Positions 49,259-59,458 of a stretch of 64,000 nt of DNA are shown piece after piece. Within the stretch, counting starts at the first letter, position 1. Each line of letters starts with the position of its first letter. The stretch comes from Rhynchopus sp. YZ270_cl-10 (taxonomy: Eukaryota). A program made the translations under genes and the position numbers. A model generated the notes under the pieces. It saw only the letters and a list, made by a program, of their open reading frames with translations, was not told where the DNA came from and ran no database searches. The DNA lies in the NCBI GenBank assembly GCA_964035575.1, contig OZ037839.1, forward strand, positions 930,001 to 994,000. Reading direction: 5' to 3'.

Positions 49259-50945
49259 ATGGAGGAAAAAATGCTTGTAAAGTATGTGGAGTGCGAATCG
49301 GATCTTGCCGACGCAGTGACAAAGCTTCGGTCCATATCTGTCATTGCAGTTGACTGTGAAGGGATAAACATGAGTCGGGTGGGCACGTTGGAGCTGATCC
49401 AGATAGCAGGGGCCGGGCATGTGTTCCTGCTCGACATCCGCGCCCTTACACCACCAGTGTGCCAACGCCACCTGCGCGAGGTCTTCGAAAGCACCGAGCA
49501 CACAAAACTTCTCTGGGACTGCAGGATGGACACTGACGTGATAGAGTGCTTCCTGGACATCAAATTAGGGGGTATGTCCATTTTTTTTTATTGCATACAC
49601 GAAGTGTGATTAACTAAACATATTTAAAACCAATGATAGATCTGTTTGCACTTTTTCCTTTTGAATCCTCCCCTCATCCATACGTCTTGCGTTTGTCCTT
49701 AGCAATTATCACGATAATCTTGCGAACGTCGTGTTGCATGTCCTCGACAGCGGCACGAAGGGTGTTCTGACAACGTTGTCCTGAAAATGCTTGCCACTGT
49801 CAATGATCTTCTGAATGGCTATTGCAGTCTCATGGTCGACTTCTTCCTCAGTTAGGTTAACTCGATCGTGCAATCTGCAATCTGTTCGGAACACCTCCTA
49901 CATCTCATCCATGTTGGATTCGACAGCCTGTGTGTAGGGACACGTGTTGTCCCTTCTTTCAAGTAACGTCCACCGAGGCAGTTGAGCACGTCATTTGGGT
50001 GACGATTTTCGGCAACCATGCTGTTAACTGCCGTCAATGTCCTGCGCTCAACACCCTCCTTTGGAAGTTTCCCGTCTCTAATCGGCAGCAACAACCGTTC
50101 GCGAGCAATGACTCCGTTTCTTAGAGGTCTATAGTGGTCGACTCGTGCTCGATAATTTATAGGCTCTCCCTCGAGTCCATCGGACTCTGATAGTGGATAA
50201 TGGCGGTTGGCGCAAATTTTAAAAGTAAAAACACTGACAAAACAGCAAAAAAAAAAATTCACAAAAACTTCCATTCAAACCACCCCCCTTCCACACAGGA
50301 ATTCTCGACCTACAACTTGCCGATGCTTTGCCAAGAGAGAACGGAAGGTTGTACATCAAAGAGTACATTGGACGCGTCAAGCACGTTCGTTCGCTTAAAC
50401 GGGTGATAGCAGAGGTCGAGGAGAAGGGTAAGGACGCACGCATGACGGAGCTGTTGGAACATAAGTCGGGGATCGACGCGGGCGAGGTGTCTTGGGGAAG
50501 CCGCCCGCTGGCCGAGGCGACGCTGCAGTACGCGGCAGCGGACGTCGAGGTGCTTCTGCGTCTGGCTGACCACCTGCTGCCGGACCCCGACACGGAGGGG
50601 TTCGCGCACCTGAGAACGGCATCGCATAAGTACTCAAGGGTGCTGGCAGGGATGCACACACAAACGGCACACTCCATGCAGTTTTCGCACAACCTCATAC
50701 CCCTGTCTGTCCTCCACAAAGGGGAGGAAGGCAGTGATGAGGAAACTGATGTGCACCCCTGTGCAGGCTGTCTTCTCGTTCTCCCCAAATCTGCCGCCTT
50801 CCAGACACATTGCCATCGTTGCGAAGGCCTCTGTCTCGCTTGTCAAGAAATCTACCATAGATCCAAAGGTGCAGTAACTTATGAAAGCAAAGTCACAGCG
50901 CGAAAATCACCAAAAAGGGATGCACGGTCTCCAAAAAAACGGTGA
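49259..50945 (+). CDS. DEDDy 3'-5' exonuclease (EXD1/Egalitarian-like) with C-terminal Cys cluster; 2 exons (49259-49571, 50299-50945)
   Basis: ExoI IAVDCEG, ExoII WDCRMD, ExoIII LQYAAADV; GTATGT...CAG intron splices in frame to LGGILDLQLAD. Confidence 0.85.
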
Positions 50946-51613
50946 AGAAAATTTTTAAAAAGGGAGCAAGGGAAAGAAAGCAGTGTTCCTCGGGGGGGTA
51001 TTTTTGAAATTCTGAGTAGTAGTTTTGAGTGGAACCTCTTGAGCGATTTCCCCCCCACCCCATCGAGGACTCCAACAACGTCGTTGTCCTTTTTTTTGTC
51101 GAACTGTGTGTGTCCCAGATTGCCCCGTCAATCCTAGCCCTGGGGTTAAGCTGCGCATGCAGGAGGGAGTGGGGTGGGGGAGGGCGTATGGCTCGCTCTG
51201 AGTACGGTGTGTGGAGTCAACGAAGTTAGAGTTGTGAAAGAATTTCTATACGCTGTGTATATTGCATAGATCTGACTACCCTGTGTATGTGTGTATACAT
51301 TGGACGTTCACCCCCTTTTTTTATATATCGACTACGATCGTCGATTGGACAAAAAAAAAGCAAAACGCAAAAAAAAAAAAAAAAGAAAATAGTTTTTGCC
51401 ACACTCTCAATGTATGAGGTGTGCCTGTGTATGCAATAACCCTAGCCCATTCAGGTGACAGTTGAGTGAAGAAGAAGCCCATTGTGGGCAGTGTAGATGC
51501 AAAAAAAACAAAAAGAAAAACAAAAAAAAAGAAAAAAAAAGAAAAACAAACAGGGCTGGAGGTCTCAGCTCTGACAAAACAAAAACAAAAAAAACAAAAA
51601 AAATGGCCTCTGT

Positions 51614-52000
51614 CATGGATGTACAAAGTACTTTTTTCCAGAAAGTAAAAAAAAGTAGAAAAATCCCAGTACTTGATACTTCAAGTACTTGACCCGTTTT
51701 TTTTTTTTTTTTTTACTTGATTACTTTTTTTTTTGCATCAAGTACTTGATTCGGCAAAAAAATGGAAAAGTACTTGAATAAATTCAAGTACTTTTCCATT
51801 TTTTTTACTTTTTTTGCCAATTCAAGTACTTGATGCAACAAAAAAAGTAATCAAGTACAAAAAAAGTGAAAGTACTTGAAGGAAAAAAAGTACTTGAAGC
51901 AAGAAAAAAATATTTTTTTCTTTTTTTTTTAAATCGATCAAGTACTTGAAGTACACCAAAAAAAGTAAAAAAAAGTAATCAAGTACTTTGTACATCCATG
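51614..52000. mobile_element. MITE, TIR CATGGATGTACAAAGTACTT, CAAGTACTTG subrepeats, 6-bp TSD CTCTGT
   Basis: TIR and TSD (51608-51613, 52001-52006) read directly. Confidence 0.88.
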
Positions 52001-53401
52001 CTCTGTGATCACAAAAAAAAAAATGTGAGTAGTGAATGGATACCAAGAAAAAAAATTTGCGTGGAGTTCACACAGGTGTCCACGTGACACATTGTCAGTT
52101 TTTCAAAAGAACAAAAAAGAAAAAAAGGAAAAAAGTAGTGGGCCTCATTCTTGGCAAACTAATACAATGTTTTCAAAAGAAGAAACAAAAAAAAAATACA
52201 GTACCGAACCTTTTAACTCTTTCCCGAGCCCCTCAAGGCACCTCTCTGCCTCCCCTAGCTGTGTGTCAACGTTTTGCTTTCACCCCTCCACAGCTGTGTA
52301 TTGAGCCTTGCTCGACACTTGGATACTTCAATCATTCCCTTGCATCATCGGCCACAGTGGGTTCGGTGCATCACAATGGGATGCGAACACAAGTGGTATT
52401 CCCTCCCTTTTTCCTTTGACAATCGTTCAAGAGTTGGGTGCAGCGAGCGGGAGTACCAGCAAGCTTCTGCCGTCCGGCTGATCAGCGGTTGTGTACCACC
52501 CCCGTTCACATGATGGTATAGGGAAGCCATTGGGTTGGTGGTGTTTCCTTTTTACACCTTCTGTGGCTCAGATTCCTGATGGATTCTTGTTTTGTTGCTG
52601 CTTACTCCCTGTCTGTGGGAGCATTGGGAGTATTGCTGAGGGTGGGGGCAGTGCTGTGGACAGCATGGGAGGGACACAGCGGGTCTGTGGTGGGTCAAAG
52701 CAGAGCTTTCAACTCGTGATGGCTTGGTGCTTTTTGTCCCGTTCTTTCTTTTGCGTGAGGCTCGTTGGTGTTGCAAGGTTGCTTCTTTTGTGTCTGCCTG
52801 CTGACACCCCGTCAGCAGCCTTGGGTAGAGTTCATCTACACAGGATGTGGCATTCACGCTGTGCACAGCATCTCTTCGCATTCGTTGTCGACAACTGCGA
52901 CTGGCACAGAGCGTCGTGCGGTGCGGTTGGAGGACGGCCGAGGGATGGGGAGGTGTGGTCAGGCGACAGGTGTTCGAGTGGATACGATATTTTGGTGGAA
53001 ACTGGGTGAACAATGGGCAAGCGTGAGGAGAGCGAGAGGATCAAGACACCGAGGGGCAACTGGGACGGCAGGGTCCTTACTGAGTTCTCTCTCTTTGGGG
53101 TGTGGTACTGGCTGTGGGAGAGCCACCTGTGGCACTCTCATTCGGTTTGGGACTTGGGGCTGGGGGGAAGCTTGTCTTGCCATAGATGCGCACAACAATG
53201 CACGAAAAGATGCACACCAAAGAACGGTACCTCAGCAACCCATTCCATCCCTTCCCATCCATCCCACCACCACAGGGTGCGAGTAAGATTTGCCGGCGAC
53301 TGCTTTTCCTCTTGACACCCATTTAATACACACACTTTCTTTTTGCGGTCTTTTGTGGATCCTATTATTTGTCTAACAATTGAAGCAAAGATTGTTGGGG
53401 C

Positions 53402-54652
53402 ATGGGTTGTGGCGCTTCCAGTGCAAACTGGGAGAAGAAGTTTGCACAGCAGGACGGCGCGCGGCGGCGGAAGCGCGCTCCAGAGGCACCGGATGCAGTC
53501 CCACCATGCCAGGTGAAGCCAATCCCGGTAGTCAAGCTGCCAGGAAGCTTACCGGACGCCCCCTCGCTGTCTGCACCCACCATTCCTGAGGTAGAGTTGA
53601 GCTGCACCTTGCCTGATGTAAACCTGCCTGGTGTTGACATACCTGACGTACCTGATGTACCTGACATCCCTCACATCCCTGACGTGCCCACCTGCATGCC
53701 TCGCATCTTTGATGCATTCACCATCATCCTCGGACTTCTCGACATCACAACCAACATTGCTGTTCTGATCCGCTTTGGTCTCTCCATTTCCATTGGGTCA
53801 TTCGCATTCATCTTATCTGCCTGCGTGCTGTCTCTATCCCCTCACGTTCTCTCGGTGTATGAAGCTGTGAATGATGAGGGCGAGGTTCAGGAGATGCAGT
53901 TCTCGTGGTATTTGGTTTTATTGAATCAGGTGCATCTGAGGACAGCGTATCAGGCTGTGTATAAGAGGGTGAAGGGTGTGGAGGTAGAGGCGGCGAGGGT
54001 GAAGAGCTTGCAGATTAAAATGATATTTGCGTATGCAGTGGCGCTGCCGCAGGCAGTGTTGCAGGCAGCGCAGATGGTGGCGAAAGCGGTGGATGCAGAT
54101 TTTCTGATGATTGCTTCCGTTGCGTTAGCCCTGCTCGCCGTAGGGGATGCATTAGGGGAGCTTACCCTGCGTGCCAACGATACAAACACAATGCACCTCC
54201 TGCACGTCCTCTTCTTCGCCCCAGTCATTGCAGCTACGGCGTTGGGTTATGCTTACCTGGTTGCTGTCTCACCACTCGCAGGGGGGATATGTTTTGGAGT
54301 AGACGTGGTGTTCAGTTTAGTGTTTGTGATGATTTTTGGTAGACTCTTTCCTGATTTTGTTGCAAGCACAAAGCCGTTGACGACCTTGGCCGATACAGCG
54401 TTGTATAGTATAGGGTTCGTGGATCTCAACTTCCCGACACCCATACCAGATGTGTTTTTCGCGTTGAAGACCTTGGTGCTGACGGTGCTGCCGTTGCACG
54501 TGCCGCTCATGCTTGGTGTGGACAGTGAGGAGGACACTGAGGTGTATTGGAGGGTTCTTCCCGTGGTGGCGGGGTGCTGGGGGGTAGCGTTCGTGACCTT
54601 CATCTTGACGCGGGTATTCAAAATGAAACACAAAAGGCAGCTAAACCGTTGA
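53402..54652 (+). CDS. Multi-pass membrane protein, XK-related-like, with N-terminal MGCGAS acylation motif
   Basis: 416 aa ORF; Pro-rich PDV repeats; multiple hydrophobic helices; LPQAVLQ resembles the XK-family PQLxLQ motif. Confidence 0.7.
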   Translation: MGCGASSANWEKKFAQQDGARRRKRAPEAPDAVPPCQVKPIPVVKLPGSLPDAPSLSAPTIPEVELSCTLPDVNLPGVDIPDVPDVPDIPHIPDVPTCMPRIFDAFTIILGLLDITTNIAVLIRFGLSISIGSFAFILSACVLSLSPHVLSVYEAVNDEGEVQEMQFSWYLVLLNQVHLRTAYQAVYKRVKGVEVEAARVKSLQIKMIFAYAVALPQAVLQAAQMVAKAVDADFLMIASVALALLAVGDALGELTLRANDTNTMHLLHVLFFAPVIAATALGYAYLVAVSPLAGGICFGVDVVFSLVFVMIFGRLFPDFVASTKPLTTLADTALYSIGFVDLNFPTPIPDVFFALKTLVLTVLPLHVPLMLGVDSEEDTEVYWRVLPVVAGCWGVAFVTFILTRVFKMKHKRQLNR

Positions 54653-54769
54653 CATAAGGTGTTGGGGTTGTGCCCCCAAATCCCAAACCACTACTCGCAT
54701 GCTCGAAACAGCATCAGCCCCCAAACCCCGTTGTGCAAAAAGCCGTGCAGCTGAATGATGTGCGGTACG

Positions 54770-57700
54770 ATTGCGATCGAAGATGGACCAAGACTAAGCA
54801 ATTAGGTTTCATCGTACAAACTTTTCTTTCCCCCTTATGTTTGAGGACATCTTTTTTTGCCCTCCGTGAAGGAGTGTTTTTTGAGTGTTTTCTTTGCATC
54901 GGACAGTGTTTCAAAGCTGTTCTCTTGTGAATACTGTTGCCCGCAGGTTGGCGAGCTACGATACCTGAAACACATTCGGTGTTCCGCTGTTGTTTATTCT
55001 TTGCAAGTTGTGAGCTGCATGACCGGAGTCGGTCCTAGCCCATGGGGCGGCCCCTTTGGTTGTGTTATGCTCCTGGTGTGAAGCGCCCGTCCTAGCCAGG
55101 GTGTGGTAAATCTCAGGAGTGCCTTTTAAACGTCCTGTCTGCCATTTCGGTTGATACAAATTATCGTGCTTCAAAAATGTTATTGGTTCAGAATAAATGT
55201 GGATCTTGTTCTGGACCAACGCTTTTCAAAGCACAGTACAAAGAGAGATCATTAACCGAATGCAACGTGCTACTTTGGGGGGTTCTTTGGGGAGTTAATG
55301 TTCAGCCTTTTTCAAGCTTTTGTGCGTCTATTTTCATTTTGGTGAACTTCTCCCCTCTTTATCCCACAGAGTTCTCCTTTGCCAACCCCGAGTCTCTCGA
55401 GCATGTTGTCCCCCCATTTTGTTGTATCTTGCCTCCCTCCTCGTCCTTCTCAACACCACCCCACAACAGAGCAACACGTCACTCGAAACAATGGAACTGT
55501 GTGTGCAGGGATATGATGAAAACAAATTCGTGATTGAGGTGGGTGAGAACGACACAACGGAGACGATGCGGCAGAAGGTGGCGTCTGCAACAGGGTTGTG
55601 CGAAGACAGCTTCCGCATGGGCTTCGGAGGGAAGGAGGAAGGAGAGGACATCACAGAACTGAGTGCTGGAGACACAGTCGTGTTGACGAAGTCGACGAAG
55701 TACGCATCTGTTAAGAAACTTCGTGCCTTGGGTGAGACAGACATTTCCGAAGCGAGGTTGGCGACTGTGAAGGATCCTGAGGTGGCTTCTCTGCTTCTTC
55801 AGGCGGAGGTTGCGACTGTTATTCCGAACTACTTCTTGGCGCAAGCATCATTTACGAGACTTGATCTCTCTGCTGTGTCTGGTGTGACACGAATTAAGGA
55901 CGGCTTCCTCTACAGTTGTAGGTCGGTGGAAACTGTTGACTTGTCGGGATTGTGCAACGTTACGCACATCGGGGACTACTGTCTCTCTTCCTGCACATCG
56001 TTGACAAGCCTTGACGTGTCAGGGTTCACTGGTGTGACGGTGATAGGGAAGTCGTTCCTAGGAGGAACTGGCGTCACAAATCTTGACTTATCCCATATGA
56101 CGAGTGTGGCGGAGGTTGGTGCAAATTTTCTTTCCCAATGCGAGTCGTTGGACAGTCTTGACATCTCAGGATGGCGCAGCATCACACACATTGAGGACGG
56201 CTGGATGCAAGAGTGCTCCGCGTTGACAACAGCACACTTCTCAGGAATGAGCAATGTTAGTCGGATTGGTAGATATTTCCTGCAGGATTGCACATCCTTG
56301 ACGATACTGGACATGTCAGGTTTTGACAGGGACACAGAGATCCAGGACGACTTCCTGCTCAACTGCAACGCACTCATAAGAGTCGTCTTGCCAGGCAACA
56401 TCGACATTGACGAGATGTTGTCTCTCCCGAATGGAGACCCTAGAATGAGCAACTACAAGGAGGCCTTCTATGTACGTGTGCGTGAGATTTACGCAAGGTT
56501 ACGGAATAGTTCGAAGATGTGCGGATAGAAGCTTTTGAGGCAGTACGAACAGACGTGTCTGGAAGTGCAAGACAATGCATCGCGATCGAAGGTGGACCAA
56601 GACTAAGCAATTAGGTTTCATCTTACAAAATTCTTTCCCCCTTATGTTTGAGGCCTCCCCTCAGAGAACTTTTTTTGCCCTCCGGGAAGGAGTGTTTTTT
56701 GAGTGTTTTCTTTGCATCGGGAAGTGTTTCAAAGCTGTTCTCTTGCGAATACTGTTGCCCGCAGGTTGGCGAGCTACGATACCTGAAACACATTCGGTGT
56801 TCCGCTGTTGTTTATTCTTTGCCAGTTGTGAGCTGCATGACCGGAGTCGGTCCTCGCCCATGGGGTGGCCCCTTTGTTGTGGTATGCTCCTGGTGTGAAG
56901 CGCCCGTCCTAGCCAGGGTGTGATAAATCTCAGGAGTGCCTTTTAAACGTCCTGTCTGCCATTTCGGTTGATACAAATTATCGTGCTTCAAAAATGTTAT
57001 TGGTTCAGAATAAATGTGCCCCTTTTTCTGGACCAACGCTTTTCAAAGCACAGTACAAAGAGAGATCATTAACCGAATGCAACGTGCTACTTTGGGGGGT
57101 TCTTTGGGGAGTTAATGTTCAGCCTTTTTCAAGCTTTTGTGCGTCTATTTTCATTTTGGTGAACTTCTCCCCTCTTTATCCCACAGAGTTCTCCTTTGCC
57201 AACCCCGAGTCTCTCGAGCATGTTGTCCCCCCGTTTTGTTGTATGTTGCCTCCCTCCTCGTCCTTCTCAACACCACCCCACAACAGAGCAACACGTCACT
57301 CGAAACAATGGAACTGTGTGTGCAAGGATATCATGACAACAAATTCGTGATTGAGGTGGGTGAGAACGACACAACGGAGACGATGCGGCAGAAGGTGGCG
57401 TCTGCAACAGGGTTGTGCGAAGACAGCTTCCGCATGGGCTTCGGAGGGAAGGAGGAAGGAGAGGACATCACAGAACTGAGTGCTGGAGACACAGTCGTGT
57501 TGACGAAAACTACCAAGTACCAATCTGTTGAGGAACTTCGTGCCTTGGGTGAGACAGACATTTCCGAAGCGAGGTTGGCGACTGTGAGGGATCCTGAGGT
57601 GGCTTCTCTGCTTCTTCAGGCGGAGGTTGCGACTGTTATTCCTGACCGGTTCTTGAGCGATGCATCGTTTACGAGACTTGATCTCTCTGCTGTGTCTGGT

Positions 57701-58690
57701 GTGACACGAATTAAGGACGGCTTCCTCTCCGGGTGTGCGTCGGTGGAAACTGTTGACTTGTCGGGATTGTGCAACGTTACGCACATCGGGTATGGCTGTC
57801 TCTCTTACTGCACATCGTTGACAAGCCTTGACGTGTCAGGGTTCACTGGTGTGACGGTGATAGGGGAGTCGTTCCTCCAAGGAAGTGGCGTCACAAAGCT
57901 TGACTTATCCCATATGACGAGTGTGACGAAGGTTGGTACATACTTTCTTTTCAACTGCGAGTCGTTGAAAAGGATTGACATCTCAGGATGGCGCAGAATC
58001 ACGCACATTGAGGACCACTTCCTCATGAGCTGCACCTCGTTGGCAAGCATTGATTTGTCAGCTTTTTGCAGTGTCACGAAGATCGGATCCAAGCTTTTCT
58101 TCAACTGCAAGTCGTTGACCACCATCAGCTTTTCAGGGATGACAAATGTGACGGAAATTGGGAACGATTTTTGTGCGTACTGCACCTCGTTGGAAACGAT
58201 TGACTTGACAGCACTACACAAAGTTGTGAAGGTGGGTAACGGCTTTCTCTGGGGCTGCACTTCGCTGGGAATCATCGACCTTTCAGCTTTGGGCAGCATC
58301 ACACACATTGAGGACTGCTGGATGCAAGAGTGTTCCGCGTTGACAACAGCAGACTTCTCAGGAATGAGCAATGTTCGGCGGATTGATGCTAATTTCCTGC
58401 AAGAGTGCACATCCTTGACCACGCTGGACATGTCAGGTTTTGGCAGGGACACAGAGATCCATCATGACATACTGTTCAACTGCAACGCACTCACAACAGT
58501 CGTCTTGCCAGGCAACATCGACATTGACGAGATGTTGTCTCTCCCGAATGGAGACCCTAGAATGAGCAACTACAAGGAGGCCTTCTATGTACGTGTGCGT
58601 GAGATTTACGCAAGGTTTACGGAACAGTTCGAAGATGTGCGGATAGAAGCTTTTGAGGCAGTACGAACAGACGTGTCTGGAAGTGCAAGA
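54770..58690 (+). repeat. Tandem duplication of the upstream region plus UBL-LRR gene
   Basis: ~54770-55490 is repeated at ~56580-57307, each copy followed by an LRR gene. Confidence 0.85.
55491..56580 (+). pseudogene. UBL-LRR copy E (short form; frameshift near 56500 and 3' truncation)
   Basis: CAAGGTTACGG versus CAAGGTTTACGG in paralogues; stop at 56528; homology ends at the duplication junction near 56580. Confidence 0.8.
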
Positions 58691-58798
58691 CAATGTATTG
58701 CATTGAAAGCAGGACAAGAGAGGGAAGGGATTGATGCAAGCACAAGAGGACAAAAAAGAGGAACAAAAAGAGGATTTGGAGAGTTGGGGGCAGCATAA
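57308..58798 (+). CDS. UBL-LRR copy F
   Basis: Intact frame; one LRR module fewer than copy D. Confidence 0.9.
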   Translation: MELCVQGYHDNKFVIEVGENDTTETMRQKVASATGLCEDSFRMGFGGKEEGEDITELSAGDTVVLTKTTKYQSVEELRALGETDISEARLATVRDPEVASLLLQAEVATVIPDRFLSDASFTRLDLSAVSGVTRIKDGFLSGCASVETVDLSGLCNVTHIGYGCLSYCTSLTSLDVSGFTGVTVIGESFLQGSGVTKLDLSHMTSVTKVGTYFLFNCESLKRIDISGWRRITHIEDHFLMSCTSLASIDLSAFCSVTKIGSKLFFNCKSLTTISFSGMTNVTEIGNDFCAYCTSLETIDLTALHKVVKVGNGFLWGCTSLGIIDLSALGSITHIEDCWMQECSALTTADFSGMSNVRRIDANFLQECTSLTTLDMSGFGRDTEIHHDILFNCNALTTVVLPGNIDIDEMLSLPNGDPRMSNYKEAFYVRVREIYARFTEQFEDVRIEAFEAVRTDVSGSARQCIALKAGQEREGIDASTRGQKRGTKRGFGELGAA

Positions 58799-59458
58799 AC
58801 AGGCGCAGGACAAGCTGGATGAACAGAGGGGTTTGGGGGTTTGTGTGAAGAACACTTCGGTGAACGTATTGAACTGCATTTTTGGGTACACTTTTGAGAG
58901 CTGGGGTAAAATGTTTGGCAGGTTTGGTGCACAACTCTGACAAACTGGAGTGTCCCCACCACTTTTTATGAACAACCTGTCAGCCCAAAGTCTTTTCCAC
59001 TCCACATATGTGTCAGGCTGGGGATGAGTGAAAAACAAACGAGAAAGCTATTTTATTGTATCCTGCCTCCCTCCTCCTCCTTCTCAACCCCTCCCCCGCT
59101 ACTGAGTAAAACAAAAGCCTTTAGTGCCACACCCCTTCTCTTGCTCGCTTATCAGTGCTGCTCTCGTTGCAATGAAGATAACAACAACAGTCCTTCACGG
59201 TAACGAGTTTGTAACAACTCACCTCACGAATGCAGATGGATGGTACACAAGCGACCCATAGCCAGACGTGCTCCTTTATTAAAAAGCCACACAACACACA
59301 CCTTGGATCACTGTACAGTCACTCTACTCTACCACGTCAGTGGTCCATGCTACGTGAGGCACATCCCTCTTGCATTTTCTGTGACCAAGCACGGTGATGC
59401 GAACATCCTTACCCTTATCCTTTTCTTCAGAGTCGAAGGGTCTTTGTGTGGGGGAAAT

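Noticed and set aside
49690..50200. Antisense ORF fragments in the exonuclease intron
   Set aside because: Possibly a decayed retroelement, but the similarity is too weak to call.
52240..53320. Overlapping ORFs upstream of the XK-like gene
   Set aside because: Stops in every frame and no recognisable product.
3531..58798. Diversity-generating retroelement as the source of LRR variation
   Set aside because: No intact RT or template repeat in the window, and by eye the changes are not confined to adenines.
59171..59260. MKITTTVLHGNEFV, a UBL-like start upstream of the eEF2-like gene
   Set aside because: Stops after ~29 codons; too short to support.
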